DNA of 62,685 nucleotides, the filler included, from Jimgerdemannia flammicorona (Eukaryota), in NCBI GenBank assembly GCA_003990765.1. It is 3 parts of 3 records of this genome, joined end to end, with 100 filler letters (N's around TTAATTAATTAA, not from the genome) between each part and the next. Parts side by side here need not be neighbours in the genome. Positions count along the whole stretch, not along the records: positions 1 to 20,839 come from RBNJ01001580.1; positions 20,940 to 41,768 come from RBNJ01001582.1; 1 more part is not named here. One strand, written 5' to 3'. Positions 13,096 through 25,160 of the stretch are shown in pieces. The notes beneath the pieces are model-generated. The model saw only the letters and a program-made list of their open reading frames with translations. It was not told where the DNA came from and made no database searches. A program made the position numbers and the translations under genes. The number at the start of each line of letters is the position of its first letter. Within the stretch, counting starts at the first letter, position 1.

Positions 13096-14868
13096 TTTAT
13101 CTCTTAGGCTATAATATAGATAAATATATCTATAAAAAAAAAACATCTTCTAATTTTATCAATAATAGATATATTTATTTTAAATTATTAAATAATAATA
13201 AGAAGACATACCAGCTTAAAAACTATAAATATTTAATAAGTTTTTTTATTTTATTTTTATTTTTATTTTTATTTTTAATATTTAAGCTACAATTTACCAT
13301 AAGCTGCATTATATGACATCTTAGTTGTAATGTTATTCAAAGATTATGATTGGTTACTCATTCTAACATATATATCTCAGAGAAAGGTTTAGAATTCTTA
13401 TTATACTAGCTCTTTATAAGTTAAGTATCTACTATACTATAACTTAATACTTATTGGCTGATAATTTAAGATAAATCTCTCACTTTTATATTAAATAATA
13501 AATAACTATCATTATTTAAAATATCTAAAAAAGATAAATATGAGATTATTGGTATGTATTTTATATAATAAATTAATTATTATCTTTACTAATAATTTTA
13601 AATAATATACTACTATAAGAAATCTAAATATTATATAACAAATAATACTTATATTCTAAAGTCTCTAAGATTAAGTAAGAGTTATATTTATATATAGCTA
13701 TAAACTATATTAAAAATAACAATATTATTATAAAAGTTCTAGTTTCTTTAAGAGGAAGTAGCTAAATCTGAAAGTTCTAGTTGGCCTAAAGTAGCTTGAA
13801 GAGATACTTAAAGGTTCAAGTGTTCTTGAAGGATTTCTGGGAGAAAATATTTAGAGCTTTATTTAGGCAGAGAATAAGGATATTTATATATGATCTGAAA
13901 GAAAGATCTAGAAGAATCTTGAAAAGAAAGAGAAATGCTAAGAATTAGATTCTCAGCAAAGCCGACCAATACTATTCTACAATGTTCCAAAAGGTTCCAT
14001 AACTAGCTAAGACAAGATACTTAGTATCAAGGAAAGACAAGAATGTTCTAGTAGTATCTGGGTACTGAGAGAAGGTTTCTAAGCAAGTAGAAGATAATGG
14101 AACATAGTAGAATATTTAAGAAATGACAAGAAAAGACTAACTAAAAGATACAAAAATATACTAAGATTAGATATGACTGTGAAATTGTTACATCCCTCTC
14201 TCCTTAAGAACTAACATCCTCATTAAGTTTTTAGATAATACAAGACTAGATACATATACTTAACCAAAATTTCTCAAACTTATATTAGTATATTGGTAGA
14301 GATTGGCCATCCTTATATAGGGCAGAGGGCCTATTATCAGACTAATCAACTGAGAGAGATTCAAACCCAGCTAGTAGCTTTATTTTAGTAGACTTCTTAT
14401 TTATTAAATATTCTGCTGATTTCGGGGTCCCAAAGTAAACTTCTGATGCATAAGGCATTGGTCATTGCTGTAGATCATCAATAATCCAAAGAAGTCACTA
14501 CAGAGATTGGACAATACATTTTGTCTCAAAGTCTTGAACTAGATATTGAGAGTTCTTGAGATTGACCAGTAGTTCCTAGGTAGCATCATATTCAGATAAC
14601 CCATCCACTTGACTAGATATTTAGGATGGCAGTAGCAAATTCATTTGTTAAGAATTTTCTCAGCATTGTACTCAATATGATCTTCAATAATCATAGGGAC
14701 AGAAGGCTTAGGAATTTATAATACATAAAAGACTGGGTATACTCTCATGGTTTCAGGTAGCTTGAGGCAGTAGAAGGATACAGAAACTTATTCAGTGATC
14801 TTGAAAGGTCCAATATACTTGGGTTAGAACTTGTTTGAAGGGCAGTTGACTTGAGATTGTATCTTGAG

Positions 14869-14881
14869 CAGTCCAAGAGAC

Positions 14882-14918
<37 letters not shown>
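14869..14918 (+). mobile_element. Ultra-short 5'-truncated LINE insertion (16 nt + A34) with 16-bp TSD
   Basis: TSD GAGATTGTATCTTGAG at 14853-14868 and 14919-14934. Insert CAGTCCAAGAGACTAT matches the 3' end of LINE copy A (GAGTCCAAGGGACTAT-An). Absent from gypsy copy A. Confidence 0.9.
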
Positions 14919-14921
<3 letters not shown>

Positions 14922-17894
14922 ATTGTATCTTGAGGTTCTCAGTAGACAGTAGGACTTGATCTCCAACAGTATAAGTGACATCACAGCATTTCTTATCAGT
15001 ATACTTAGCTTGATGTTGTTGTATCTTCTGAAGATTTATGGTAGCAATCTTGAGTAATTTATCTATTTTGTCTGTAAGGTTCTTGGTAGTTGGAACTTAT
15101 ATTTGACTGGTTTTCTTGAAAGGAAATAGACTTGCAGGGGTCTCAGGATCTTAACAGTAGAGTAATCAGAAAGGAGAAAAACCAGTAGATGTTTGGACAG
15201 CATTGTTATATATAAACTCTATATAAGTCAGATAGTGGTCCCAATCATCTTACTCATAAGAAATATAGTTTCTAAGCATTTGTTCTAGAGTTCTGTTCAT
15301 GTACTCAGTTTGTCCATCAGTTTGTGGGTAAAAGGCAGTAGATATAGCCAATTGGGTTCCCAGAGTCTTGAAGAGAGTTTACCAGAAGTAACTGATAAAC
15401 TTTGGGTCATGATTACTGACAATTACTCATGATAGGCCATAGTGATGAAAGATAGACTTAAAGAAGATTCTTGTAATCTCAAGTATAGTAGTATTGGTAA
15501 TGATTGGTTCAGTAATCATAGTCTTAGTCAGGCAGTCAATAAATATGATGTTAGCATTAGCACCAGATTGAGTTCATGGTAGTTGAGTTATAAAGTCCAT
15601 GGTGACTTACTTGAACTTCTTAGTAGGAATTGGTAGTGATTGTAGCAAACCAGCAGGTGCTTGGTTGGTAGACTTATTGTACTGACATAGATCACAGCTA
15701 GCAATATAGTTCTTAATTTTCTTGACTATGTTTGGCCAATAGTAGTAGTATTGGATATTCTTGATAGTCTTTTCAATTCTCAAGTAACCAGCAAGAGGGG
15801 AGTCATAGTGTTCTTATAAAATCTTATAGTGTAGGTTTATGTTTTCAGATAGGTAGACTTGTTCTTGATAATAGATCAGACAGTATATATATCCTTGAGC
15901 TTGTTTGAGAAAACTCTAGTAGTAACTATGTCTTCTTTGTAAGCTTGCCTGATTTGGTCTAAGAATTCTGATACCAAGGTGACTTGCATAATTATGGTGA
16001 GGTCTGAGTATCTTAATAAGATATCTGGTACTACAAGTATCTTGCCAGGCTTGTAGATGATCATTAGATTGAAGGTTTGAAGCTTGAGGCTCCACTTGGC
16101 TTATAGATATGACAGAGTAGGTTGGATGTTGATATACTTGAGGGATTGATGATCAGTAATAACATCAAACTCAATATTTTCTAGATAGCATTACCAGTGG
16201 TCTAGTACATATATTATTGCTAGTAGTTCCTTCTCATAAGTAGCTAGCTTTTGTTCAGCTAGGGCCAACTTGCAGAACTTAAAAGTAATAGGATGGTGTT
16301 CTTTGCCATCATCTTATAACAGGACTACTCCAATGGCAAAATTTGACACATTAGTGGTGACTGTGAATTTTAGGCCTTGATCTGCATTATGCAGGACTAG
16401 AATATGGGTTAGGCAGTTCTTGAGTTCTTGAAAGGCTTGTTGACAGAAGAGATCCCAGGTGTAAGATATATAGTGGTCTGTATATAGGGCCTTCTTCATA
16501 AGATTGGTCAGTGGCTCAGCAATGTCAGAGAAGTTACTAACAAAGTGGTGATAATAGCCAGCTAGACCAAGAAAGAATCAGAGTTTGTGAGATTCAACAG
16601 AATGGACCATTCTTCAATTACTTCTATCTTGTTTAGGTCTACTTGAATTTCTTGTACAGAGACAATGTAGCCAAAATATTCACATTTCTTGAGCTTAGTA
16701 TAAAACTTATATTTTTGCAGGATCTCCAGAACTATTTGAATATATTCAAGGTGTTCTTCTTTAGTTATACTAAAGATCAGAATGTCATCAAGATATACTA
16801 ATAGAAAAATAAATAGTTAGTTCTTAAATATCTTATTCATCAGAGTCTGGAATGTAGTGGGTACATTGGTGAGACTAAATGCTAAGACCAGGAATTCATA
16901 GAGTTCAAAGGGGGTCATGAATGCAGTCTTGGGAATGTCTTCTGGCTTGATTCAGATCTGGTGGTATCCTGATATGAGGTCTAACTTGGTGAAATACTTA
17001 GCATTCTTGAGAACATCAAAGATTTGATCAATCAAGAGTAGTAGATAGCAGTTCTTGATAGTGATATTGTTGAGTATATAATAGTCTATGAATATTCACA
17101 GAGTACCATCCTTCTTCTTGACAAATAAGACTGGTGAGCCATAAGGAGATTTGCTTGGCTGAATGGCTCCTCATATAAGTAGTTTTTCTAGTTTCTTCTT
17201 GACTGCTTCAATTTTGAGTAGCAACATGCAGTACATGTATTTCTTGGATAGTATAGCTCCTGGGGTTAGTTCAATTTCATGATCAACTTCTTGTATAGGT
17301 GGTAGACCAGATAGCTTGTCTGGAAAGACATCCTTGAATTCTTCTAGCAGTAGCTTGATACTTTCATTGACTGATAGTCTCCTGTCTTATTTCTTGAAGT
17401 GGATCATTACAATAAAGACATGTATTGTCTTCTTGAGTACTTTCTTGTACTGTATAGCTAACAGTATTGCAATCTGGATCTTGCTCATAGTCTTGTCTAT
17501 CTTGATCATAATATTGGCTCTATCTTGAAGTAGAGTGACTTCATTCTTGCACCAATTAATGTCTGGATTGTGTTTCATAAGCCAGAGTTTTCCTAAGATC
17601 AGGTTATGATCTCTTAGTAGTACAATCTTGAAGTATACTCATTCTCAATATTTCTGAATCTTGATGGACAGTTTGGCAGCAATTGACTTGATGGGGTGTA
17701 GAGTACTGTCTGCAGTGACATACTATTATTCTTGGGTGTAGGCTTGGTGAGGATCTTGAGACTTTTGATAAGATTCTGATTGATGAAGTTCCCTGCAACT
17801 CCACTGTCTATGAGTACTTAAACTTCTTTTTCTTTGACTAGATCTTTCAAAATGAGCATAGCTTGAGCTCAATTTTCACTAAGACTTACTGCTT

Positions 17895-18300
17895 GATCAG
17901 TGCTGCCAAAATCCTTTTGATCTTATTTGGTTTCAGGACTTCTGTAATCTTGAGTTAACTGGCTTTTCTAGAATCATTTGTGTGACTTGGTCTCCTTCTT
18001 TAACTGTGTAGTCTTGATTCTTCTGGTTGACAAGCAAGACTTGAACTTGTCCTTAAAAATCTAGGTCAATGACACCAGTGCTTATATCTAAATTATGTTT
18101 GATACTAAGTCCTGATTATGGTGCAATTCTGGCATAATGTCCTTCAGGACATTGAACTGCAATTCCAGTAGGCACCAGAGAGTGGCCCTTGGCTGGAATA
18201 GTGACTTGTTTGACTGAGTGTAGATCAAGACCAATAGCTCCTTCTGTTTGATATTGAGAGATCTGGGCCTTTGGATGAAGCTTCTTAACTTTGAGCTTGA
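17895..18300 (-). pseudogene. dut: Retroelement dUTPase domain, family 1 copy B
   Basis: KKLHPKAQ..GAIGLDLHS..LVPTGIAVQCPEGHYARIAP*SGLS..GVIDLDF..VTQMI..DFGSTD. Confidence 0.92.
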
Positions 18301-18670
18301 GTTGACTAGTAGTGGAGTTGACAGATGTATCCTTGGACAACACAGTGACTGGTCTTGAGGGTTTGCTAGTTTTCTTAGGATATTTAGTTGTAATGTATCC
18401 TATTTGATAATAGAAGAAACAGACTCCAGATTTCTTCAGACAGTCCTTTTCTTCAGAGGTAAGCTTGGTGTTCTTTTTATTTATAGTGTCTAAGTCTATT
18501 GATACTGGGCCAACTATCCTTGGTTGGTTTCTGTAGCAGTTCTCAAAGTGTTTCTTCTTATAGTATTGTGGTTCAAAGCAGTTGCTAAAGGTGATGACAT
18601 TAAATCTATCAGTGATTCTCATGGCTTCATTAAGGTTCTTAGGCTCTTCTAGCTTAACCTTGATATGTGT

Positions 18671-18671
<1 letters not shown>

Positions 18672-18707
<36 letters not shown>

Positions 18708-19548
18708 CTCAATGTCTACAGATTTTTATTAGAAGAACCCTAGACTATATAGGCCAAAACCCTCCCCCACCACCCACTAAGCACTGTCTCCTCATGAACC
18801 TAGGCTAACTATTATCTAGCAGCTTGACCATACTGGGTACAGCAGGGCCTATATTGACCCATATCTCATTCTGTGCATCATACTCTTTCTATGACCAGAG
18901 GGAACTCAGCCATATGCTAACAACAAAAAGTACATACCCAAAACCCCAACATATATACAAGGCCATGTCTGAGCTAAATAGAGACTAGTCCCTGTCACCT
19001 CAAAGAGAATGACAGATAAAGAAAAAACTCTCATCAAAGTACATTACAGTAGGTAGGACCTGGTTCTCCTAGATGAGATGAGTAGAGGACTTATATGTGA
19101 GGTGAGAGGAGACCCCAATATCCCATTACTCAAGCTTGCAGGCCTTAATCATATTACCATATCAGCTCCTAGTTCTAGTTAAGTATAGCCAAGATATCTG
19201 AAATGGGTAGCCTCAGGCCCCCTGACCCCTACCAATAACTGGGGCCCAACTCACCAAGTCACCAAAAGAAGCTGAGAGTATCACCTACTATCTAACCACT
19301 CTGTATCAATCAAAAGGCCTTACTAAAGCAGCACTCACCCCAGCCCTGATGACTGCTCCCAGCCTAGCACTCTACTGGTTCATCATTATCACCCTTCTTT
19401 CTATCTATAATAGCCATCTCTTCTCCCACTGCCCTGCAATAGATATAACAAACCAACCTGAGGTAGAGGGGGTAATAATTGTGGAAAGTGGACTCTGAAG
19501 GTTGCTTACCAAACCATTATAACCAGTAAGATAGCAGAGAAAGAGACA
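18672..19548 (-). mobile_element. 5'-truncated LINE fragment (second LINE family) with poly(A), inserted in gypsy gag
   Basis: Poly-T 18672-18703. Imperfect TSD ATATGTGTGTTTT / ATATATGTATTTT. Absent from gypsy copy A. Trp-rich ORF2 C-terminal remnant with a PTCNV..FFLICH Zn-knuckle relic. Confidence 0.75.
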
Positions 19549-20596
19549 ATATATGTATTTTCCTTCAGATCTCAGATATAGTGATATATCTTTTTATCCT
19601 TAGATATTGCTGGTAGCTTAAGTAAGATTGATAGGAATTGTGTATTATAGCTTTGTACAGACTTAAGTTGCTTGATGTTCACTAGCTTGTCCCTGGCTAG
19701 CTTGGTGGAATTAGCAGGCTTGAACTGCTTGTGAAGAGCTCTCTTAAAAGCTTCTCAATCTCTAATTCATATATATAAGTATACAGATATAACCATGATA
19801 TAATTGAGCCACCAGATGGCTGCATTTCCTCAGAGAAGTGTGGTGGCAAATTGGACTTATATATCATCTTCCATTCTTATGAGCTTGAAGTATTGGTCCA
19901 ACTAGAAGGTCCATGTATCTGTAGATAGTCCTCCTCAATGGCTGTTGAAGGTATCTGGCTTAAGTGACTTGAAACTAACTGGTACTATTGCAGAATATAA
20001 TATATCTACAGTTTGTGTTTTCTGCTGTTCTAGTTGTGCTTGAAGTTTTTGAATTTAGTGGGCTATGGCATTGATCATGTCCTCTATATTGAGTTGCTGT
20101 CCTCCTGCTTCTTCTGTAGCAGAGGGATCTGGCTGGTAGACTGACTCTTCACAACTCATTTTGGATTCATGTGACTAGTTGTGACTAGTTTCTGAATTTG
20201 TGTGAGGTTTCTTAATAAGGTAAGGTATAATGACACTACTGCTACCAAGTGTAATAGTTCTAGTTTCTTTAAGAGGAAGTAGCTAAATATGGAAGTTCTA
20301 GTTAGTCTAAAGTAGCTTGAAGAGATATTTAATGATTTAAGTATTCTTTAAGGATTTCAGAGAGAAAATATTCTGAGCTTTATTTAGAGATATTTATACA
20401 TAATCTGAAAGAAAGATCCAGAAGGATCTTGAAAAGAAAGAGAAATACCAAGAATTAGGTTCTTGGCAAAGCTGACTAATACTATTCTATAATGTTCCAA
20501 AAGGTTCCATGACTAGCTAAGACAATATACTTGGTGCCAAGGAAAGATAAGAATATTCTAATGGTGTCTGGGTACTAAGAGAAGGTTTCTAAGTAA

Positions 20597-20839
20597 TGTG
20601 ACGGTACAGCCAGATTTGGAAGAAGGAAATAGGGAATAGACACTTGATCGCACCCATTCCCAAAGTAGTATAGCATCATAGTTAGCAGTCCTCGATTTCG
20701 ACATTGTCTAAATTCTTAGACATTGTCTAAATTTTAGACATTATCCAAATCGAATACCCCGATTTAGTATAGCATTTAGACATTGTCCAAATGTTTCGAC
20801 AAAGTCCAAATGACTCATTTATTACTTAGCCACCCTCTC
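20597..20839. mobile_element. Start of a different, CpG-retaining LTR inserted in the family-1 5' LTR (cut by the gap)
   Basis: Abrupt switch at TGTGACGG. Contains repeated GACATTGTCYAAAT units (~20700-20812). Confidence 0.6.
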
Positions 20840-20939
20840 NNNNNNNNNNNNNNNNNNNNNNNNNNNNNNNNNNNNNNNNNNNNTTAATTAATTAANNNNN
20901 NNNNNNNNNNNNNNNNNNNNNNNNNNNNNNNNNNNNNNN
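20840..20939. other. Assembly gap with TTAATTAATTAA linker
   Basis: 100-nt N run with an embedded all-frame stop linker. Confidence 0.99.
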
Positions 20940-21946
20940 AAAAAAAAAAAAAAACGATAAAGAAACCCGAGAAAGCGCCGGCTATCGTGCAGGGAGAAGT
21001 GGTTGGTTCTGGGAACGGGACGAAGTCGTGTTTTGGGGGTTTCCGGCAAATAGAGCGACTGTCGCTCACCAATTGCGGGTGGTGTTGCGCGGGGCGGGAA
21101 ACTCCGCGAGCCTGGAACCCGCTCTTGACCCTCTGCGATCGTTTTGAATCATCCCTTGCCTTTCTTGCCTGTTGCCGTGCGCATCTCGAATGTGAGGTGA
21201 TCGTAATATGGAGAAATAAATGTCGGGTGAGCTCCGGAGGGAGGTTGGGCCTCCCGAGAGTCTCATCTCGAACGTAAGCTGCCCCCCCCTGATGACAAAG
21301 CCAATTTCCGGTTGCAATAAATTCGTGATTCCAAGCCTGTCTGGATATGTCGATTCCTTACAACTTAAGGATATTTGTAAATGGCAATATGCCGGTGATC
21401 GCCTGCCAGATGTCCCACACATGTTTTCATCTATTTACATCCGTTGGCACCCTCTTTCTAGAGACTCATTCTATTATGTGATCTCTTTCCGTAGTAACAG
21501 CTCCTGTCGTTCCGAAATGCAATAAAATAAAATTAATACGAAAAAAATATATAGAAATAAATCGCAAACCAGAAAACCGTGATTACCATATATTCGGTGC
21601 CACATTTCGCTAACCGTGCCTTTAGAAACCCACATGTATGTATACACCACGGGACAATTATCCGTACTGAATAGGCAATTCCAACCGTCGCCTACATTGG
21701 GAAGAAAAAAAAAAAAAAAACCGTCCACTCTATTCCGCATGACAATGCGAAAGTTGAGCAAACAAAAGATGGGCGTTCAACATTTCCATACAACGAGTAT
21801 ACACATCATTGTTGCTCTCCGACAAACGGATACGCACGAACACATGAGAATGTGTATAGCTTGTTGACGCAAAAGCCAGTTGTAATGTTGGTTGGATGTA
21901 CGATGATGATTGTGTATTGTATTGAGACAGTGAGGTCATACGCGCG

Positions 21947-22126
21947 CGCTGTCAAAAAAGCCAGATGCGCCATGATGGCGGGTGACGTTAATGATGGAGG
22001 GTGACGCTATCGATCGGGGTGACGCGTGACCATGACCCGCCATGCAGAATGCCGTCATAGCCCTGACGCTGTCAAATTTCGAGCAGATGCATCATAGTTC
22101 TCTCCCTTCGGCTCCCCGCGTATAAA
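21947..22126 (+). promoter_or_regulatory. Putative Pol II promoter: clustered TGACG (CRE-like) motifs plus TATAAA
   Basis: GGGTGACG x3 plus CCTGACG, a duplicated CGCTGTCAAA..CAGATGC module, and TATAAA at 22121-22126. Confidence 0.45.
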
Positions 22127-22187
22127 GGGAGCTCGGTAACAACACCCCCCAACTGCGACCGTAACCTTCCCTCCCTAGCAGCATCAG

Positions 22188-22390
22188 CAGCATAGCCTTC
22201 CGAGTCAACGTCCGTACCCCCCGCTGTCATCGCTGACCGACAGTCCGCACCGAGTGGTAGCCGCTACGACGCGGTTAGTGGGTGCAAATCCCACCTGGGC
22301 AGAATACTACGCGAATGATTAGGGGGGTGGCGCGGGCGAGGCGACCGGCGACGTTGAAGGGCAGAGAAAGTGGTTGTGATTTCATGCTAT
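22188..22390 (+). ncRNA. Candidate structured non-coding RNA with a tRNA-elbow-like module
   Basis: Nested stems AGCAT/ATGCT, TCAACGTC/GACGTTGA, CCCCCC/GGGGGG, TCAT.CGC/GCG.ATGA. Apex has CCGAGTGGT, hairpin TAGCCGC/GCGGTTA and T-loop hairpin GTGGG-TGCAAAT-CCCAC. No credible CDS. Confidence 0.35.
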
Positions 22391-24512
22391 ATGTTTATGG
22401 GAATCCCTCCACAACGTCTTTCGGTGACTTGAAGGACGTGATTTCCACCGTTTCGATCCGCATCTCAACGCACCACCGTCCTCGTCGTCGCCACGTTGAT
22501 TCCGGACGAACCCCGCTTCCCCCCCTCCCCCCTCCCCCCTCCCCCTCCCAACCTCTCTCAAACCCCCAAACCCACGACCATGACGCCCGCCCTGCCATTC
22601 ACCGCAATGGCATCACTCCACCATTCCACAACATACTTTTCATACTCACTCTCACGATTTGCAACGGCATCGCACTGCTATTCCCAACATTGCCATCTAC
22701 CCCTCACGCTCCATTCGTTCTTCGAGTGGTCGAGTGTAGTGACTCTTGAACCGCGCCGGTGACGTCACGCGAAAAACCGGATTGAAGAAAGCCACATCAT
22801 GATCATCGGTTTATCATTGATTTCTTGGCTTCTGTAAGGTATTTCAATTCACGGCATAGAAATATCTTTCCGAAAAAAAATGTTTGAAATCTTCTCCATG
22901 ATGGTACCAAGACGAGGCAATATATGCATAAAATAGCAATGTTTAGGTACTCGAAAGCTTTAGATTGGTCAGAGACATTACCCTCGTCTTTTCTCGATCC
23001 CACACCCTTTCTTCCAACCCAAGTTCCGTACACATAGAGATACTCTTTGTCCTAAATGCAGGTAAACTCCATCTGCATTGCTTTTTTGTGATTGGAATGA
23101 TGATAGTATGTAAATACTGTATTGAAAAGGGCCACTATCAAGAATAAACATACAACCCTACAACACTTTTCGATATTTGAGCTAGTAAGCAGTGCAGGTT
23201 TTTTATTTTATTTTTACCCTTAACAGATATTACAATGAAACTTTGGTTTCCATACATCATCTATCAAGATCTGATAATTGATTGAACGGTTAAGCTTCAG
23301 ATACGTAAGATCGTCGAGCTTTCACACGAGGAATAACACGACTACGTGGCGCAGATTGCCAACGGTGCACAGGAGCTGTTTGGGACGGCGTTGGGTTTAG
23401 GTTGGACCAAGGATATTGTTAATAAAGCGAGTGGGGGACGATTACGCGACGGATGCCGAATTTGTAGGCTTCTGATGGAAATGTGACGCAAGTAATCAAA
23501 TTGCCATGATTGCACAAAACCTATTTGTCCCCCAGAATTTTGTAATTTGTTGTTGTCATCCATAATGTCTGTTTTGTGGTCTGGCCCAGTTTTTTGTTTT
23601 TCGCACCCACCCTTATGCCCAGCTGCGGTAATCTCCGACAGACGCAATTTACCGAAACAAAAATAAAAGTAGGCTATACTTTTTGTTTGTTAGCAACGGA
23701 TCACTTTTTACATTTGTCCCAGGGTCTTTTCATATGATTTTTCCAAAAAGCCACGCGATCCACGAGCATTTTGCCTTGTGATGGAATCACCAGGCGCGCG
23801 CGCGACAAGACGGAATGAGGGTCGTATTGTTCACGCCAAACTAACTTCATGCGACTTCAGATATTATTTGACACGCCAACGCAAGAGGCACATGCAACTG
23901 TAAAATGCTACAACAATCAATTTTGCGCTCCAACCACCAAAGCTCTTGGTCACCCACCCACCACCTTCTTTCCGAGAGTCCGAGAGTTATGCTATGCCAA
24001 TCGGCCCAGGCACATTCCACGGCCCCAGCGCCGGCTGCTCCCACGACGCATCCAAAATATGCAACACATGCACACCACCACCACCTCGACGGAGGGTTCC
24101 TGCAACCATGCACACGGTTGAGAAATTCGGAAATTCGGGAAACGATCCCGTCGCCGATAGCCGGATTGCCGTAGGGTGGGGTAGGTGTAGGTCATGCCAC
24201 AGTCCGAACCTTGTGTGGCGAGCAATGAATGAATCAGGATACGAAGAACTCTGGAGGGTTCGGTCGACGACAGGATTTCGAATTTCGTGGAATGTGCTAG
24301 TCATCCGTCGTTCAACCAAACCTATTTTTGTCGCGGGGGGGGGGTGAACCTCGAGATCAGACAATGCAATGCTTCCTCCCAACCCGCAAGTGACATCTGT
24401 GCGGGCTAGTCCAAGTTCCAGAACATCCAAACAAAAAGGAACGCGGATACCCCGAAACCGCAGTTTTGTCAAGGACGCGCGTCAAATGGAAACGCTGGAC
24501 GCTGCGCTAAAA

Positions 24513-24796
24513 TACTTCGCCATCTCAGACCAAAAATTGATATGCTACTTAAGGGGATCTCAGGTCGATGCTGAGTGCGAACTGAGATGCACCTGGAGAG
24601 GCACACTAGGGGAATTTTCAAGATCTCATATACATGGGATGTCAACCACTTGTTCATAGGAATTTATAGAAATAACAGACTGCTTGGATATGCTCCATTG
24701 ACCACTTGAGTATCACTCACTTAGGATGGCATGTTCCGCGTGTACTTAGGTCCAGCCTAAGCAGCATTTCAATTTTTGACCAGAGACGACGAAGTA
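24513..24796. repeat. Imperfect ~45-bp inverted repeat (MITE-like relic)
   Basis: TACTTCGCCATCTCAGACCAAAAATTGATATGCTACTTA (24513-) versus the reverse complement of ~24757-24796, TACTTCGTCGTCTCTGGTCAAAAATTGAAATGCTGCTTA. Confidence 0.65.
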
Positions 24797-25035
24797 GAGC
24801 TCAATCGACGTTGGCAACCTACTTCACTCCGTGTCCGATTTTTCTGGTGCTTGTTAGCAGTTTCTCAATCCATGGCGTTGGCCTTCACGCGATGAGCGCG
24901 CAAGTGTGTAGGTCGAAGTAGAAGTCGGGATTTATTTTTATTTTTATTTTTTTTATTTTATTTTAGGAGAGGGAGGGGAGGGGGGGTCCAAGATGACGAG
25001 ATCTCGATAGGAAGGCCCGTTTTTTACATAAATTA

Positions 25036-25160
25036 CCCCTTAGATCGTAAATATAACATGCAAGTTTGCATGTTATTTTTTTTTATTTTTATTTTTATTA
25101 TTTATAAATTCAAATTTTTTTATAATTAACTTTATGTATTATTCACTACGATCTAAGGGA
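25036..25160. mobile_element. Small AT-rich MITE with 13-bp perfect TIRs, TA-flanked
   Basis: CCCTTAGATCGTA (25037-25049) and TACGATCTAAGGG (25147-25159). TA lies one base outside each TIR. Internal palindrome ATAACATGCAA-G-TTTGCATGTTAT. Confidence 0.65.

Larger units (their letters stand above)
13729..20596 (-). mobile_element. Ty3/gypsy chromovirus family 1 copy B, carrying two retro-insertions, 5' LTR interrupted
   Basis: 3' LTR 13729-14192, 5' LTR 20250-20596 (cut by another LTR). PBS TGGTAGCAGTAG at 20236-20247. Collinear with copy A. RT YLDD near 16780-16800, dUTPase 17895-18300, chromodomain near 14515-14680. Confidence 0.93.

Noticed and set aside
20697..20812. Short repeats resembling a CRISPR array
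   Set aside because: Units are ~14 nt with 3-30-nt irregular gaps, lie inside an LTR, have no cas genes nearby, and the context is eukaryotic.
20840..20939. TTAATTAATTAA palindrome inside N runs (also 41769-41868)
   Set aside because: Artificial scaffolding linker. Adjacency across the gaps is not directly shown.
22240..22302. tRNA-Sec or cobalamin/FMN riboswitch call for the GGTGCAAATCC hairpin
   Set aside because: No anticodon arm or UCA, and flanking riboswitch consensus elements are missing or out of order. Kept only as a generic structured-RNA candidate.
23342..24472. Overlapping 77-161-aa ORFs
   Set aside because: No recognisable domains, codon pattern or splice structure. Treated as intergenic.
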